Source: Octopus vulgaris
Lineage: Eukaryota
Assembly: GCA_951406725.2 (NCBI GenBank)
Contig: OX597816.1
Span: 23,064,001-23,128,000, forward strand
Direction of reading: 5' to 3'
DNA length: 64,000 bases
This document shows, one piece after another, positions 1 through 13,072 of this stretch; position 1 is the first letter of the stretch; every line of letters starts with the position of its first letter. The notes beneath the pieces were generated by a model that saw only the letters and a program-made list of their open reading frames with translations, had not been told where the DNA came from and did not search any database. Made by a program: the position numbers and the translations under genes.

Positions 1-432
<432 letters not shown>

Positions 433-1155
433 GAATATTACTTGTTTATTACATGACAAATTTACGAGTCCACCCAGTTGCTTTTCTTTTTCTTTTTATA
501 TAGAAATCTTCTTGGCTACGTAACTATTCTTTATTGCTTGTGAGAGGCCGGAAATTCAAATATTTCTGCGTATTAAAACATGACGCATGCAGCATGTTAG
601 AGCAAAATCGTGATTGTGTGGAGCTGGCCGATAGGAGATTGGACTCTGTAAAAACCTAGCAAATCTACCGAAGTAGTTTAAGTCGTCTACTACACATATT
701 TTTGTTGTTGAATTTGACTCTACAACAATGGGAACGTCCTGAAATCTTAAATATCGTTTACAAACGAATAGAAGAGTGGCAATTAACGGTTATAAGTGCA
801 TAAACACGAACAACTCAATAAAGGATGAAAATTATTATTCTAAGGAAATTACTAAAACTGAAACACAAAATATGGACAATATTATTTATAGTCACAACAA
901 CTATAACGACACGTACAAACATACTCACTCACACAGACATGCATACACACATACATAAACCGGTGATTATGTAAACAAAACTATTGTGAACGTGATAATG
1001 TCGCCTTCTTTGCTACTTGAAAAAAGTCACTGGAAATTCACGCAAAAGCAAATAGTTTGACAGAATTATGTCAAATGAGACTTTCGTTTTCTTTCAATAC
1101 ATCCAGCAATAAAGAAGTTAAAAGTCCACATATTTATGTACATTAAAAGATGACC

Positions 1156-1432
1156 ATTCTGTTGTGTCTGGGGAGAGTCATTTTCTTTTTGTGCCTTATT
1201 ATGTTACACACTCACCGGTAAAATTTCCACGTTTTTCTTATTTTTATTGTCCTAAAATTTTTGTTGCGTCTTGCAACATTTTCAATAGTTTTGACTCTCA
1301 TTGTCCTAAAATTTTCGTTGTGTCTTGCAACATTTTCAATAGTCTTGACAATAAAAATAAGAAAAACGTTGAAATTTTACCGATGAGTGTGAGGCACAAA
1401 AAGAAAATGACTCTCCCCAGACAGAATAGAAT
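1156..1432. mobile_element. MITE with long terminal inverted repeats and an internal ~52-bp duplication
   Basis: TCTGGGGAGAGTCATTTTCTTTTTGTGCC ... GGCACAAAAAGAAAATGACTCTCCCCAGA; another fragment at ~49909-50015. Confidence 0.75.
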
Positions 1433-1449
1433 ATGCTTCAACACACGAA

Positions 1450-2649
1450 CTCATATAAAGAATCTTGCAAACCAAATCCCAAAACGAAAGATGACCATTG
1501 TTTTAGACAAAATCGATTGAATGATTGTCAGATTGAAAAAAATATTTTGTCCATTTCCTTGGTAATTATGCCAGAAATAGTTTCCGTGATCTTGAAGCTG
1601 ATCTCTACCAGCATTTCCTAAATAACCTTGTGGTGTTGATGTCATCCACTGAATTTGCCATATCGTTAACTCATTTCTACACCGATTTTCACCTCGAGGT
1701 TATGGCAAATTGTGTATATAAATACAGGCTCAAATAGGTTTGAGGATTTAATCAGCCTTAGCAAAGACCGGGCCCGTCATCCCCCAGTCCCCGTCGGATG
1801 GTATCTTCAATCCAATCCGCTTCGGTGCCTGGAGGTAACCCACATACCCAGGCTCGTATTAATTTTCTTCCACAATATGGCGGGAGGAACAGAATTTCCT
1901 TGCCTTCTAAAGGCTGACTCGCAAACTGGCGAGCCTTTTTCCCGTTCTCAAATAGCAACCATACGGTTGCATGTTTGACGCCACGGGATATATATTTTAA
2001 AGAGGACAAATATTCTTTAAGTTCATTTTTTATGACTTGTTTTGGGAAGACGGTGATGGAATTAAGAACTTTAGAATAAGTTCTAAGTACCATCGTCTTC
2101 TCCTCCATATCTTTTAACCACTGCTTAGGCGGGTTAATTTCCCACTCTAAGACAGAGTTTTTCTTTTTAAGTTCCTTCTCTGCCATGTCAAAAAACAGTT
2201 CAAAAGTAGTTCAAAAGACAGTCTGCCAAAACATTAAACCGAATAAAAATAAAACACAATAAAAGAGGAGGGGAGGAAACTGAAATTAAAGTAATGAAAG
2301 TAATGAACCAAAATTTAGAAAGAAAGAAAAAATAGAAGGGAAAAGTAAAAGAAAAAACTCACAAATAGCACAGACAGGGAATCCTTTGTACAATACTCCA
2401 AAAAGGTAATCCAAAAAGGTAATCCAAATGGCTTATTCTTATTTATCTGGCGAAATACGCCCACCTGAATTTCAAGCAAAAATTCTCAATTCACCGTTAC
2501 GGTGATAAGAACCCAGTATTTTGTTCGCTATAGGGAGCCATAATTGACAATTTTTCTTTTTGTTCTTTTTTTCTATTCATGAAGCCGAAACTCATCTTCT
2601 CACTGTAACAGTCCAGACCAACTTGTGTTGCATTTTGGGTCACCGGAAG
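1450..2649 (-). mobile_element. L1/Tx1-like ORF1-bearing element A (decayed, 3' end unclear)
   Basis: 5' end CTTCCGGTG; ORF 2186-1758 aligns by eye to the ORF at 3976-3086 (PPK...ME.KT, YI.xG...T...F, FLP.Y.GRK, PP..E..W). Confidence 0.55.
1758..2186 (-). pseudogene. LINE ORF1-like (RRM-type) protein fragment, paralogue of 3086-3976
   Basis: 142-aa non-low-complexity ORF sharing several motifs with the neighbouring zinc-knuckle ORF. Confidence 0.6.
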
Positions 2650-2665
2650 TAAGTAAGCACGCTAC

Positions 2666-4110
2666 TTTATTTTATTAAATTTGCTATAAAGGCAATGCAC
2701 AGAGGGAACACTACAACACATGTGGTGACATATAACAATGAAAGAATAAAATAATGAATGAACATAAAAATGCACATGAAGAACAAATTAAAATATGATA
2801 ATATGAATGATATCTGAAAATGATATTATGAACAGTTAGCTACTCACCCCACACTGAGTAACACCGCTCGCTGTCTCTGGGTCCTGAGTCCTTTTTCTCT
2901 TTTCGTCCAATCCTTTTTCCCTTTTCACTGTCACTTAATGATAACATTCTCTCTGTCATGCATTCATAGCCTCTTTCACCGGGAGGGGGGTCTTCTAAAT
3001 TTTGTGGTGTCTGTTCTTTCTTTTTCATTTTTTCTTGAGGGGAAATGGGGTGGGTGGGTTTGGTGTCTGTATGAGGAGGGTGGGTCTAAGTGGGCTTGGG
3101 TGGGATAGGGTTGGACTGGGGTGCCACATCGTACTCAGTGTCTTTTCTTTTTTTTCTGTTTCTCCTTTTGCGCGCTGCAACTTTCCATTCTTCCTCCTTT
3201 TTATCGTTTCCTCCGTATATTTTGTCTTTCTCTCCTTTCTCTTCTGTGCCCGCAACTATATCCTCAGCCATAGTCATTTGCAGAGGGCAGTATGCTCTAA
3301 TGTGGCCCTTTTGGCCACATTTAAAACAACGTGGTACTCTGCCCTCTACACACACCCTCAGCCCGATTTCCCCCAGCGTCACAGTCTCTATCAAGTTCTC
3401 GAGTTGAACCTCCTCCGTCTGAATAATTAACTCGAGCGTCCTTCCTTTCCACCCTCCTTCTTCTGCTTCTGTGGCTTGGAGGACAGCCACCTTCTCCTCG
3501 CTTCCAACAAGGACAGCTGCCGCTACCCAAGCCACTTCTACATCCGGTGGATATGCTTCTATCCTCACCTTAGAAGTTTTTCTTCCCAAGTATGTGGGCA
3601 GAAACACTACCTCCTCCGTTTTCACCGCCACACTCGCCAGCCTCATTGCCTCTTCAGCTGTCCTAAATTGGACGACCATTGTTCCATATCTTTTTCCTTT
3701 CGTGATATATGTAATCTCTTTAGACTTCTCTCTTAGCGCCTTTTCTGTATCCGCTTCCACCTGCTCAGCCTTTTTTCCTTTTAAAGAGAACACCTTATAG
3801 GTGATAGTTTTCCTCTCCATCTTCTCCATAATTCCTTTTGGGGGCGACAGCCTTACGTCCCCTCCCACCTTCTGTAACACCTTGTCATAATTTTTCAGAC
3901 CAGCCAAGTCCAACTCCCTTCGTTTCTTCTCCGTGACCTCTCCAAGACTCCTGGTCTTTTCTAGCACACTGTCCATCGCTACGACCGCCCTCACGAACTC
4001 CTCCTCTGAAATCAACGCTAAGGTCTGAGTACATTTTCTTACAATAGCAACAAAACCGACGTCCGACTCGCACACAAATGACAAACCAAATGCACTATGG
4101 CTAACCGGAA
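2666..4110 (-). mobile_element. ORF1-only non-LTR retroelement B (L1/Tx1-like, HAL1-type)
   Basis: Starts CTTCCGGTT; ORF1 with CCHC knuckle; stop near 2840; ~170-nt 3'UTR ending GCATTGCCTTTATAGCAAATTTAATAAAATAAA; no endonuclease or RT. Confidence 0.65.
3086..3976 (-). CDS. Gag/ORF1-like nucleic-acid-binding protein with CCHC zinc knuckle (probably continues by frameshift to a stop at 2840)
   Basis: CFKCGQKGHIRAYC (C-x2-C-x4-H-x4-C), upstream RRM-like segment, basic C-terminus WKVAARKRRNRKKRK; first ATG at 3976. Confidence 0.7.
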   Translation of the reverse strand: MDSVLEKTRSLGEVTEKKRRELDLAGLKNYDKVLQKVGGDVRLSPPKGIMEKMERKTITYKVFSLKGKKAEQVEADTEKALREKSKEITYITKGKRYGTMVVQFRTAEEAMRLASVAVKTEEVVFLPTYLGRKTSKVRIEAYPPDVEVAWVAAAVLVGSEEKVAVLQATEAEEGGWKGRTLELIIQTEEVQLENLIETVTLGEIGLRVCVEGRVPRCFKCGQKGHIRAYCPLQMTMAEDIVAGTEEKGEKDKIYGGNDKKEEEWKVAARKRRNRKKRKDTEYDVAPQSNPIPPKPT

Positions 4111-4145
4111 GCAAAGCTACTTACCACACAGCCGCTCCTACGCCT
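4111..4145 (-). mobile_element. SINE family A tRNA-like head, interrupted by element B
   Basis: Minus strand AGGCGTAGGAGCGGCTGTGTGGTAAGTAGCTTTGC matches the family A 5' end. Confidence 0.75.
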
Positions 4146-4395
4146 AGTTCAAATTCCGTCGAGGTCGACTCAGCCTGTCATCTTTCAACATCGATAAACA
4201 GAGTACCTGTCGAACGCTGGCGTCGATGTTATTGATTTACTGCATCTTCAGAAATTACTGTCTAAACTGTGAAACCATTATTATCAATTTCTATAATTAT
4301 TTGTGTCTAAGCACTGCTAAATGCAAACTCCAAGATCATAATTTAGAGTATCGGAAGCATAGTGGAGTTCTCATTGTAACTTACTCTCAACTTAG

Positions 4396-4791
4396 TCTTT
4401 TACTTGTTTCAGTCATTTGATTGTGGCCATGCTATCGCACCGCCTATAGACGAGCAAATCGACCCCATGACATATTCTTTTTAAGCCTAGCACTTATTCT
4501 GTCGGTCCCTTATGTCGAACCGCTAAGTTACGCAGACATAAACACACCAGCATCGGTTGTCAAGACATGTTCGGGGGACAAATACAGATACACAAACGTA
4601 TATATGTATATATATATATATATATATACGACGGGCTTCTTTCAGTTTCCGTCTATCAAATCCACTCACAAGGCTTTGGTCGGCCCGAGGCTATAGTAGA
4701 ATACACTTGCTCAAGGTACCACGCAGTGGGACTGAATCCGGAACCATGTGGTTCGTAAGCAAGCTACTTACCACACAGCCACTCCTACGCC
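4396..4791 (-). mobile_element. SINE family A, full-length
   Basis: Reverse complement of the 12541-12950 copy, including A/B-box-like head and GACTGAAACAAGTAAAAGA tail. Confidence 0.85.
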
Positions 4792-5298
4792 TTGTCGATT
4801 TTTTCGAGATATTTGCAATAGCTTTTTATTTAGTATACGCTGTTTAGTATGTTTCTATATAGTGCTACAATTTGTCTTTTCCGTTTAGTACAATTTCGGT
4901 TGCATTGCAATTCAACTTAATCTTTTTGACCGTTTTCCCTTTCCAGTTGCATCTTCTATTTTTCTTATTGCTCTTATTATCACTATTGTTGTTGTTGTTG
5001 TTGTTGTTGTTTGTGTTGTACCTAATGTATTTTGGGCTGTTGTATCATCATAAACAACGCCATCATCGTCATTATGCAATACCTGTTGCTTTATTAAAAA
5101 TATTACGTTACGGACTGTAAATATGAAAGCATTTGCCTGAAGCACAAAGAATATGAACACAGTGCAAAAACGGTACAAAAATACTTGTGCTGAATTGTTA
5201 GAGGAACACAAACCACCAAACCATGCATGTAACCAAGTATGTGCGTGCACACAGACACGCTAATTCAGATACCCACATACTAATATGTGTGTGTGTGT

Positions 5299-5332
<34 letters not shown>

Positions 5333-5744
5333 TATGACATAATATATCACGTAATATGATATAATATAATATAGTATAATATATAAATATGTATGTGTGT
5401 GTGTACATGTACATATATGTATATGCATGCATATATATGTTTGCCTATATATTTTAATAAATATACATATATATATATATATATCATATGACATAATATA
5501 TCACGTAATATGATATAATATAATATAGTATAATACATAAATATGTATGTGTGTGTGTACATGTACATATGTAGAGATGTGGGTGTATGTGTAAATATAT
5601 GTATATGCAAGCATATATATGTTTGCCTATATATTTTAATAAATATACATATACTATATAGATTATGAACATATATATATGCGTATGTATGTGAGCATGT
5701 TTTTGTATAATGATGTTAACAAATATATGTATATGTATATATAC

Positions 5745-5782
<38 letters not shown>

Positions 5783-5862
5783 ATGTATACATACATATAT
5801 ATATATATAAATATTATATATTATACATATATATTATATTATATATATAATATAATATAATA

Positions 5863-5896
<34 letters not shown>

Positions 5897-6504
5897 GTAC
5901 TCACACGAAATATACAAAGAACTGCACGCTCACCACAATGAGAGATTTCTCCCATTTATGGGATGCTTCGTGTGCATGTTTTTCAGCCTGTTTAGCACAC
6001 ACCCGAGAACTGACTAACGTTCCACTCGTCATGTCGCTCGCTTCAGTTATAATTTTACCCTGCGGCGCAGGCAAAACTGCCTACAGCAATAATTGAAGCA
6101 ATAACTCTATCGCGCTTGCTATTTCGTACCTTTCATGTTTTCATTTATTTTATCTTTTAGGAATATTCTAAATATGCATTTTTTTTTTGTCTTCTGTTGT
6201 ATATGTTTTGTTGTGAGTTTTCTGCTGTATATTTTCGTTTTGTTTTTTATTCATTTACGATCCACAATTTCGCGGTTTTTCTCTTGTTTCTCTTACGCAA
6301 CTACGAACACTAATATAAACACAGAATATTTCACACGTTTTATGCGAGCACAAGGATATTGTCACACACACTTATATGTAAATGCATAGTCATATCTAGA
6401 GCTTCGCAGATGCGCATATTCATATATTTACAATATACATATACGCCCGCTCATACACTCAGACTCATACACACTCGCTCACACACACACACACACACAC
6501 GCAC

Positions 6505-6557
<53 letters not shown>

Positions 6558-6815
6558 AAACTAGATGAGGATAACAATACCGTGGACATTCATATGTAAT
6601 ACTGGCATATTTGAAACAATGACTATATGAAGGAAATAAAAAAAAATTGAGGTTTTATATCTGCCTCCTTCGTCTCCCTCTTTGAATCTTTCTCTTTCTC
6701 TCTCTTTCTCTCTCTATCTCTCTCACTCAGTGTATGCATACATCATACATATATACACATACACACACAAATAATTATATAATTATATGCATATACACGT
6801 GCATGTACATATGTG

Positions 6816-6880
<65 letters not shown>

Positions 6881-6946
6881 TTGTAGTTATAAATTCTTGT
6901 TGCTTACAGATATACATTTATAAATACAGTCATACGCAGATTATAA

Positions 6947-7009
<63 letters not shown>

Positions 7010-7959
7010 TGTCTGTCTGTGTGCCTGTGTTGTCCCCCCCCCCAACATCACTTGACAGCCGATGCTGGTCTGTTTACATCTGATTCCATAGTATGTCGAA
7101 CAATTAAATGCATCTTCCGAAAAAATACTTTTTTCTATATTTACTCCTACGCTTCATTTCGATCGAATTAATCATCAATGTACGACATCTAGCCATTGAT
7201 ATCTGCGAACGGTTAGAGATCAAAATAACTGGAATGTAATGCGATGGAAATATCTGTAATAAAGATATTAATTATCTCATAGAAATATCTACTTTTCTTA
7301 AGATTCCTACGTCCTAGATTTCGAGATTCATAGCTAGGTTGGTGCATATTTAGCAGTCGGATTATGTACCAAGATATAAAAAAAAAATATGTGTAAGGCA
7401 TCACTGAGGATTATAGGTGGTGGCAGCTCTGTATTCGCAGACACAGGCATGGCTGTGCAGTTAAGAAGTTCACTAGGTAACAACTTGGTTTCGGGTTTAA
7501 TTCCTCTAGATGACATCTTGGATAAGTGTCTTCTAGTATTCCGCCGGATCATTGATTTGTAAATGAATTTGGAAGAGGGAATCTATTCGAATGCCCATCC
7601 AATTCCAAATAAGTTTTGATGTGACTTCATCCTCTACTGTTCACTGTCTCTCCCTCTCGTTTTCTCTCTCTTCCTTTTTCTAATTCTTCTCCCCTTTCGT
7701 TTTTTCTCTCTCATCCTTGCTCTAATTCTTTTTTCACCCCTTCACCGTTGTCTCTCCCGCTCTTTCTCCTACTTCCTCCTTTACTCTTTCTCTTTGCTCA
7801 CGCGTAACCTTCGTCCATCTTTCTTTTCCTCACGTGATCATCTTTCTTTTCCTTCAGTTTATCGCACATTCTATCTGTCTCTTACCAACTTTGACCCTGC
7901 ACACATCCCAAATTTTATTTTGATTCTCGTGAGCAACTATTTATTCAAAGCCCTCTACT

Positions 7960-8130
7960 TTCGTTAATTGCTCGAAATGTGGAGTAGATAAACAGCCGAT
8001 AACTGATGAAGGGCCGTTCTTTATGTTACTTGTCTTGTTTTCCATTTGTTTCTCTCGGTCTTCGCATACCCAAATTCGCCTTCGTATTCATGTTGTTTAC
8101 GTTTTGTGACGTCCTGTATCCATATATGGA
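7960..8130 (+). mobile_element. Probable Penelope-like terminal-repeat remnant ending at (TA)n
   Basis: GAGTAGATAAACAG...CTGATGAAGGG..TTCTTTATGTT...GACGTCCTGTATCCATAT; related to 19635-19818 (minus) and 62190-62285. Confidence 0.4.
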
Positions 8131-8778
8131 TATATATATATATATATATATAGACAGTGGGGTGGCGTCATTTGAAGGCTAAAACAATGCGAAGTGCATT
8201 GTGACCAGCGGTGTGTAGCAACATCAGATAGCCTGGTCGGTCACGTTTATCACGGTGATGGTGATATAATATATATATGTAAGTATGTATGTAGATATGT
8301 GTGCGCATATATAGATACATATATGTACTACTTACATATATATGTATATATATATATACAGAGAGCGAGAGAGAGAGAAAAAAAGAGAGAGAGAGAGAGA
8401 GAGAAACCGGTACATATTTTTAAAGTCTAGTACTCATTCTATAGATGTATTTTGCCGTATTGCTAGATTACGTATTGCTAGATTACGGGGACGTACACAA
8501 ACCAACACCAGTTGTCAAGCGATGATGAGAGACAAACACAAACACAAATATAAACATCCCACCCATACACACATACAAACAACACACACACATATATGCT
8601 ATTATTGTTATTTTCTATTACTTATGTGTATGCAGTAGTCCTAATTTCCTCTGAGTGTCCTAAGTCCATCCTATTAGCTAGTTTCAGAAAACTGTTATCA
8701 TATTTCATCAATTCAGTTTTCTATGTAATATTCTGAAGCTGCACTTTATAATTGGGGTCACATGTGTGTTTATATATA

Positions 8779-9007
8779 TTTCTTTACTACCCACAAGGGG
8801 CTAAACATAGAGGGGACAAACAAGGACAGACAAAGGGATTAAGTCGATTACATCGATCCCAGTGCGTAACTGGTATTTAATTTATCGACCCCGAAAGGAT
8901 GAAAGGCAAAGTCGACCTCGGCGGAATTTGAACTCATAATGTAACGGCAGACGAAATACGGCCACGCATTTCGCCCGGTGTGCTAACGTGTCTGCCAGCT
9001 TGACGCC
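8779..9007 (-). mobile_element. SINE family B (Nin-like central domain)
   Basis: Minus strand GAGTTCAAATTCCGCCGAGGTCGACTTTGCCTTTCATCCTTTCGGGGTCGATAAATTAA; many copies in the window. Confidence 0.85.
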
Positions 9008-10134
9008 TTTATATATGTTTTTATATATGTTATCTTATGTGTCCATTAATATGATGCTTATCCAAAAGCCCAATCAATTGTACATCACAAAGTTTCCCTT
9101 TAGAATATATGTGTTTATATATGTTATCTTATTTCTATATATGGTGTTCAATTTTTAATATTAGCCTCATTCTTGTGACATACTTTTTTTCTGATTTTTC
9201 CAACATTAGTCACGACTAGCTACTTCCGAATATTCATGAGCGTTAATCTGGTTTAATTATATTATATCAGTCTCTGGATATGCTATAATATTCTCGACCA
9301 ACTTAATTCATCTGCCTAATCTTATTGTTATGTTAGCATACTTGTCTAGTTCCATGTGATATTTTTTTTTTATCTAGACTCACTCTCGGAACAACTTTCA
9401 TGAGATTCTCCAGCTGGGAATATATATATATATATATATATGAAATACGGTCTATACAGTTCTTTTAAGTCATTTATATAAAGGAGGTGTTTTATACTTT
9501 ATTAGTGGAACGGAACACAACATTAGTCTAGGATGATAATGATTTCGAAATGTGATGGCCATAACATATTGCCACAAGGCATGTTATGATGTGCTTTGAA
9601 TAACTGCAGCTCATCGCTATTTTTTTCTGGTTAATTTCTTTTCAAATTAACGAATCCATGCATGTTTCTTCCCGGTTTCTTGTCGATATGCAGATATTAA
9701 CGTCATGACAATACGAATCAGTTTTCTCGTATATGCTTTTTCTAACCGGGGGGTATGTGATATATTCAGTAATTGCTGTCAACATCAACCATCTTTTCAG
9801 GAAAAGTTTTTATTGAAGTGACTATTCAACCCATGGTTTTCTATTGCAAACAATAAATCCAGTGTCATTCGTGTAATCCTGAGCTCTGTGTCCATTAATA
9901 TGATGCTTATCCAAAAGCCTTAGCAATTGTACATCACAAAGTTTCCCTTTAGAATTGTGAGTCGTATTGGTGGGTAGCCCTCGTTGTTTTTTCGTAAATT
10001 TCTTTAAAAACTATAACACTCACAATTTGCCCCTGAGACTGCGAATTTATCGATGCCTTAGTTATTGTGTAAGGAATTTAAAAAAGAGAGACAATATATA
10101 TTTGTCGTTAAGTGGTTAAGCTCGTGTGTGTGTA

Positions 10135-10200
<66 letters not shown>

Positions 10201-10439
10201 GTATAGTTATACACACATATATATGTATACATGTATATGATCATATACATACATGCACACACACACACATATATATACGCATATATATATATTTATAAAA
10301 TATTGGAGTTTATTTCACAGGTGATCTAAACGATTAGGTACGATAGGTAAGTGCTGTAATGGATTACTAGGGTTCCAAGTATATAGCCGAGGCTGTAGTT
10401 ATAGAACCATTGCAGTTTTCCGATGCAGTGGATATATAA

Positions 10440-10564
10440 TTGTAAAAGAGGACAACAGACGTTAAGGCAAGGGAAACATCTCAAGCCGTACATCTTCCAA
10501 TATTAATTATGTATATGACTTGAGATGTTTGCCTTGCCTTAACGTTTGTTATCCAATTTAACAA
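10440..10564. repeat. Inverted repeat (~50-bp arms), MITE-like hairpin
   Basis: ACGTTAAGGCAAGGGAAACATCTCAAG ... CTTGAGATGTTTGCCTTGCCTTAACGT. Confidence 0.7.
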
Positions 10565-10569
10565 ATAGA

Positions 10570-11500
10570 AATGCAAAGAAAATCGTTTCTATGAACGACG
10601 TTGATGAGATCTCAATGCGCGTCCATCGTTCTTGAGCATTGAACATTTCTATTTAGCCCTGAATTGTTTAATAATGACGTTCTTTCATCGTGTGTTGTCT
10701 TGCGAGGGATTTCTTCCGATCCCTTTTGTATGCGGCACATCAACTGCACAGACACCCCTGCTATCTATGAATTCGGCACATGACAAGACCTGTGAAACTT
10801 GTGCGTTTATTATTCTTCGATTACATCGTTCACTCTACTACATCTAGGACAAGAGGAAAGACTGCGCTCCGAAGCTTTTCAAAAAAATTCAAGCATCCCC
10901 TCCAACCGAACAAGCTTTGGTTTTTCCTCAGATGAGAAGACGTTCTGCCAGGATCAGATGATGAACACCCAGAACAGCCGTTGGCTTGTCGTGTCATCAA
11001 AACATATACTGAGGATGATAAAACATCAAACAGCCAGACAACAGATCTTACGTCTAGTAACAGACTTTATGTCTGGCAACAGGACTTTGCACGATTTCAC
11101 ACAAGCAAGAGAACCCAGTCATGGCTGCCAGACATTTTCTGCAACCACATTATCCTTAACCTCTGGCCACTTAAGTCCCCATACTACAACCCCCTTGATT
11201 ATTATTATGTGTGGGGCGCGGTTGATCGAGAGACCAACAAAATTCCTTGTAACACCAAAGATGAACTGAAGGCAAGGATTGTGGCAGCATTCACCAACTT
11301 AAACAAGGAGATCCTCCAAAAGTGTTGCAGGATATTCCGAATTCGTCCGGAGGCCAATGGCATTTTATTGAATATATTTACTCTTTAGTATTTCAAGATA
11401 TCTTTATGTAATTTTGGTTAATAAATCTGATAAAATGAGATGTCAGTGTTATCTTCATTTTTACGTAATTTAGACAACGATTTATTCACCGCACCCTGTA
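10570..11500 (+). mobile_element. Decayed Tc1/mariner transposon, DD37D (maT) type
   Basis: FSSDEK (D1), VWQQD (D2), SPYYNPLDYY (D3) with 37 residues between D2 and D3; ends CACCCTG-TA; left boundary approximate. Confidence 0.75.
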
Positions 11501-11506
11501 TATACA

Positions 11507-11545
<39 letters not shown>

Positions 11546-12540
11546 CTGTGTGTGTGTGTATGTGTGTGTGTGTGTGTGTGTGTACGCATACAGAAAGGGA
11601 GAGAGGGAAAGGAAGAGAGAGAATAGGGAAACACAAAAGAATTCGTATTATGAATATGTTTTCACATGTATGATTCGTGTTTCTGTCATCCCTTTATATT
11701 CCAGTTTTATCGAGTTTTTGTTCTGGCTTGGTATAGTGGAACTTACTACTTTATTTCCGAGTCTGCTTTATCTCCATTATCGAGGAGTCTGCTATGTCGT
11801 GATATTTCAGTGCATTCCATATTCATAGATTTTATTTCTCTTCTTTTTATTTCCGATAACTCATTGTGTTACCAATATCTGTATTTTTGCAATCATACGA
11901 CGACGCTCTGTCTTTCGCAGGTAAGATGTTATTATTATTCACATACGTAGCTATGTCTAAGAGTGCAGATCTCAACGCGTTATATATTGTTCGGAAAAAA
12001 AAAATTATAGTTATTTCTATGTAATTTGAGTATGGTCCCTTTTTTATAGAGAAATCGATATCGTTTATTCTTTTTAGTAACCGATCGTCATTTCATGCTG
12101 ATATACGTTGTAGCAACAGCATTCATCGACTACTGTCTCTTCGTCATCCAATAATTGGATTACGTTTTTAGAACTTGAAAATTTTAGGGTATCAATTGTT
12201 GTAACCTTCCAATTAGTTAGGCTTTTGTCTATGTTTGGTGATATTGCATGTTTCTTTGCAATTTACTTTCCTTTTTAAAACATTATTCATCTTTATTTAT
12301 TGTGCTTTCTCTTTGCGATCCTTTCTATGGATTCCATAGTTATTCAGTATTTACGTTGCTTATACAGAAATTATTCGTTGAGAAATTCTTTTCAACTAAT
12401 CAATTAATTATATTTTCACCAACACAGCTTTACAGATGCGATTCCCATTTAGTATCTACTTATCCTCTAATTTAATTTCCAGAAGCTTCGAGCATATTTC
12501 TCAAATTGTATGAATAATAAGCACATAGCTGATTCTAGGA

Positions 12541-12950
12541 GGCGCAGGAGTGGCTGTGTGGTAAGTAGCTTGCTAACCAACCACATGGTTCCGGGTTCAG
12601 TCCCACTGCGTGGCATCTTGGGCAAGTGTCTTCTGCTATAGCCCCGGGCCGACCAATGCCTTGTGAGTGGATTTGGTAGACGGAAACTGAAAGAAGCCTG
12701 TCGTATATATGTATATATATATGTGTGTGTGTGTGTATGTGTTTGTGTGTCTGTGTTTGTCTCCCTAGCATTGCTTGACAACCGATGCTGGTGTGTTTAC
12801 GTCCCCGTCACTTAGCGGTTCGGCAAAAGAGACCGATAGAATAAGTACTGGGCTTACAAAGAATAAGTCCCGGGGTCGATTTGCTCGACTAAAGGCGGTG
12901 CTCCAGCATGGCCGCAGTCAAATGACTGAAACAAGTAAAAGAGAAAAGAG
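12541..12950 (+). mobile_element. SINE family A, full-length reference copy
   Basis: A box TGGCTGTGTGG, B box GGTTCAGTCC, CTTGGGCAAGTG body, internal (TA)/(TG) tract, GTAAAAGAG tail. Confidence 0.9.
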
Positions 12951-13072
12951 AATATCTCATACAATAATGACAAATTTTCAGGAATATTTACTTTGCCAGA
13001 ATAAAAGAAGAAATATTGTTCTCACTCAATATCACTTTAAATTTACTAGTCAAGTACACCACTGACTAAAAG

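Noticed and set aside
5290-5660. ~165-bp local duplication in an AT-rich tract
   Set aside because: Low-complexity slippage or assembly artefact with no functional signal
7970-8015. Permuted (type II) hammerhead GCTCGAAATGTG...CTGATGAAGGG
   Set aside because: Core words are present but I could not form helix I or a valid UH site
12541-12612. tRNA genes (also 17315-17385, 30459-30515)
   Set aside because: A/B boxes are present but continue into repeated SINE bodies and lack a clean cloverleaf
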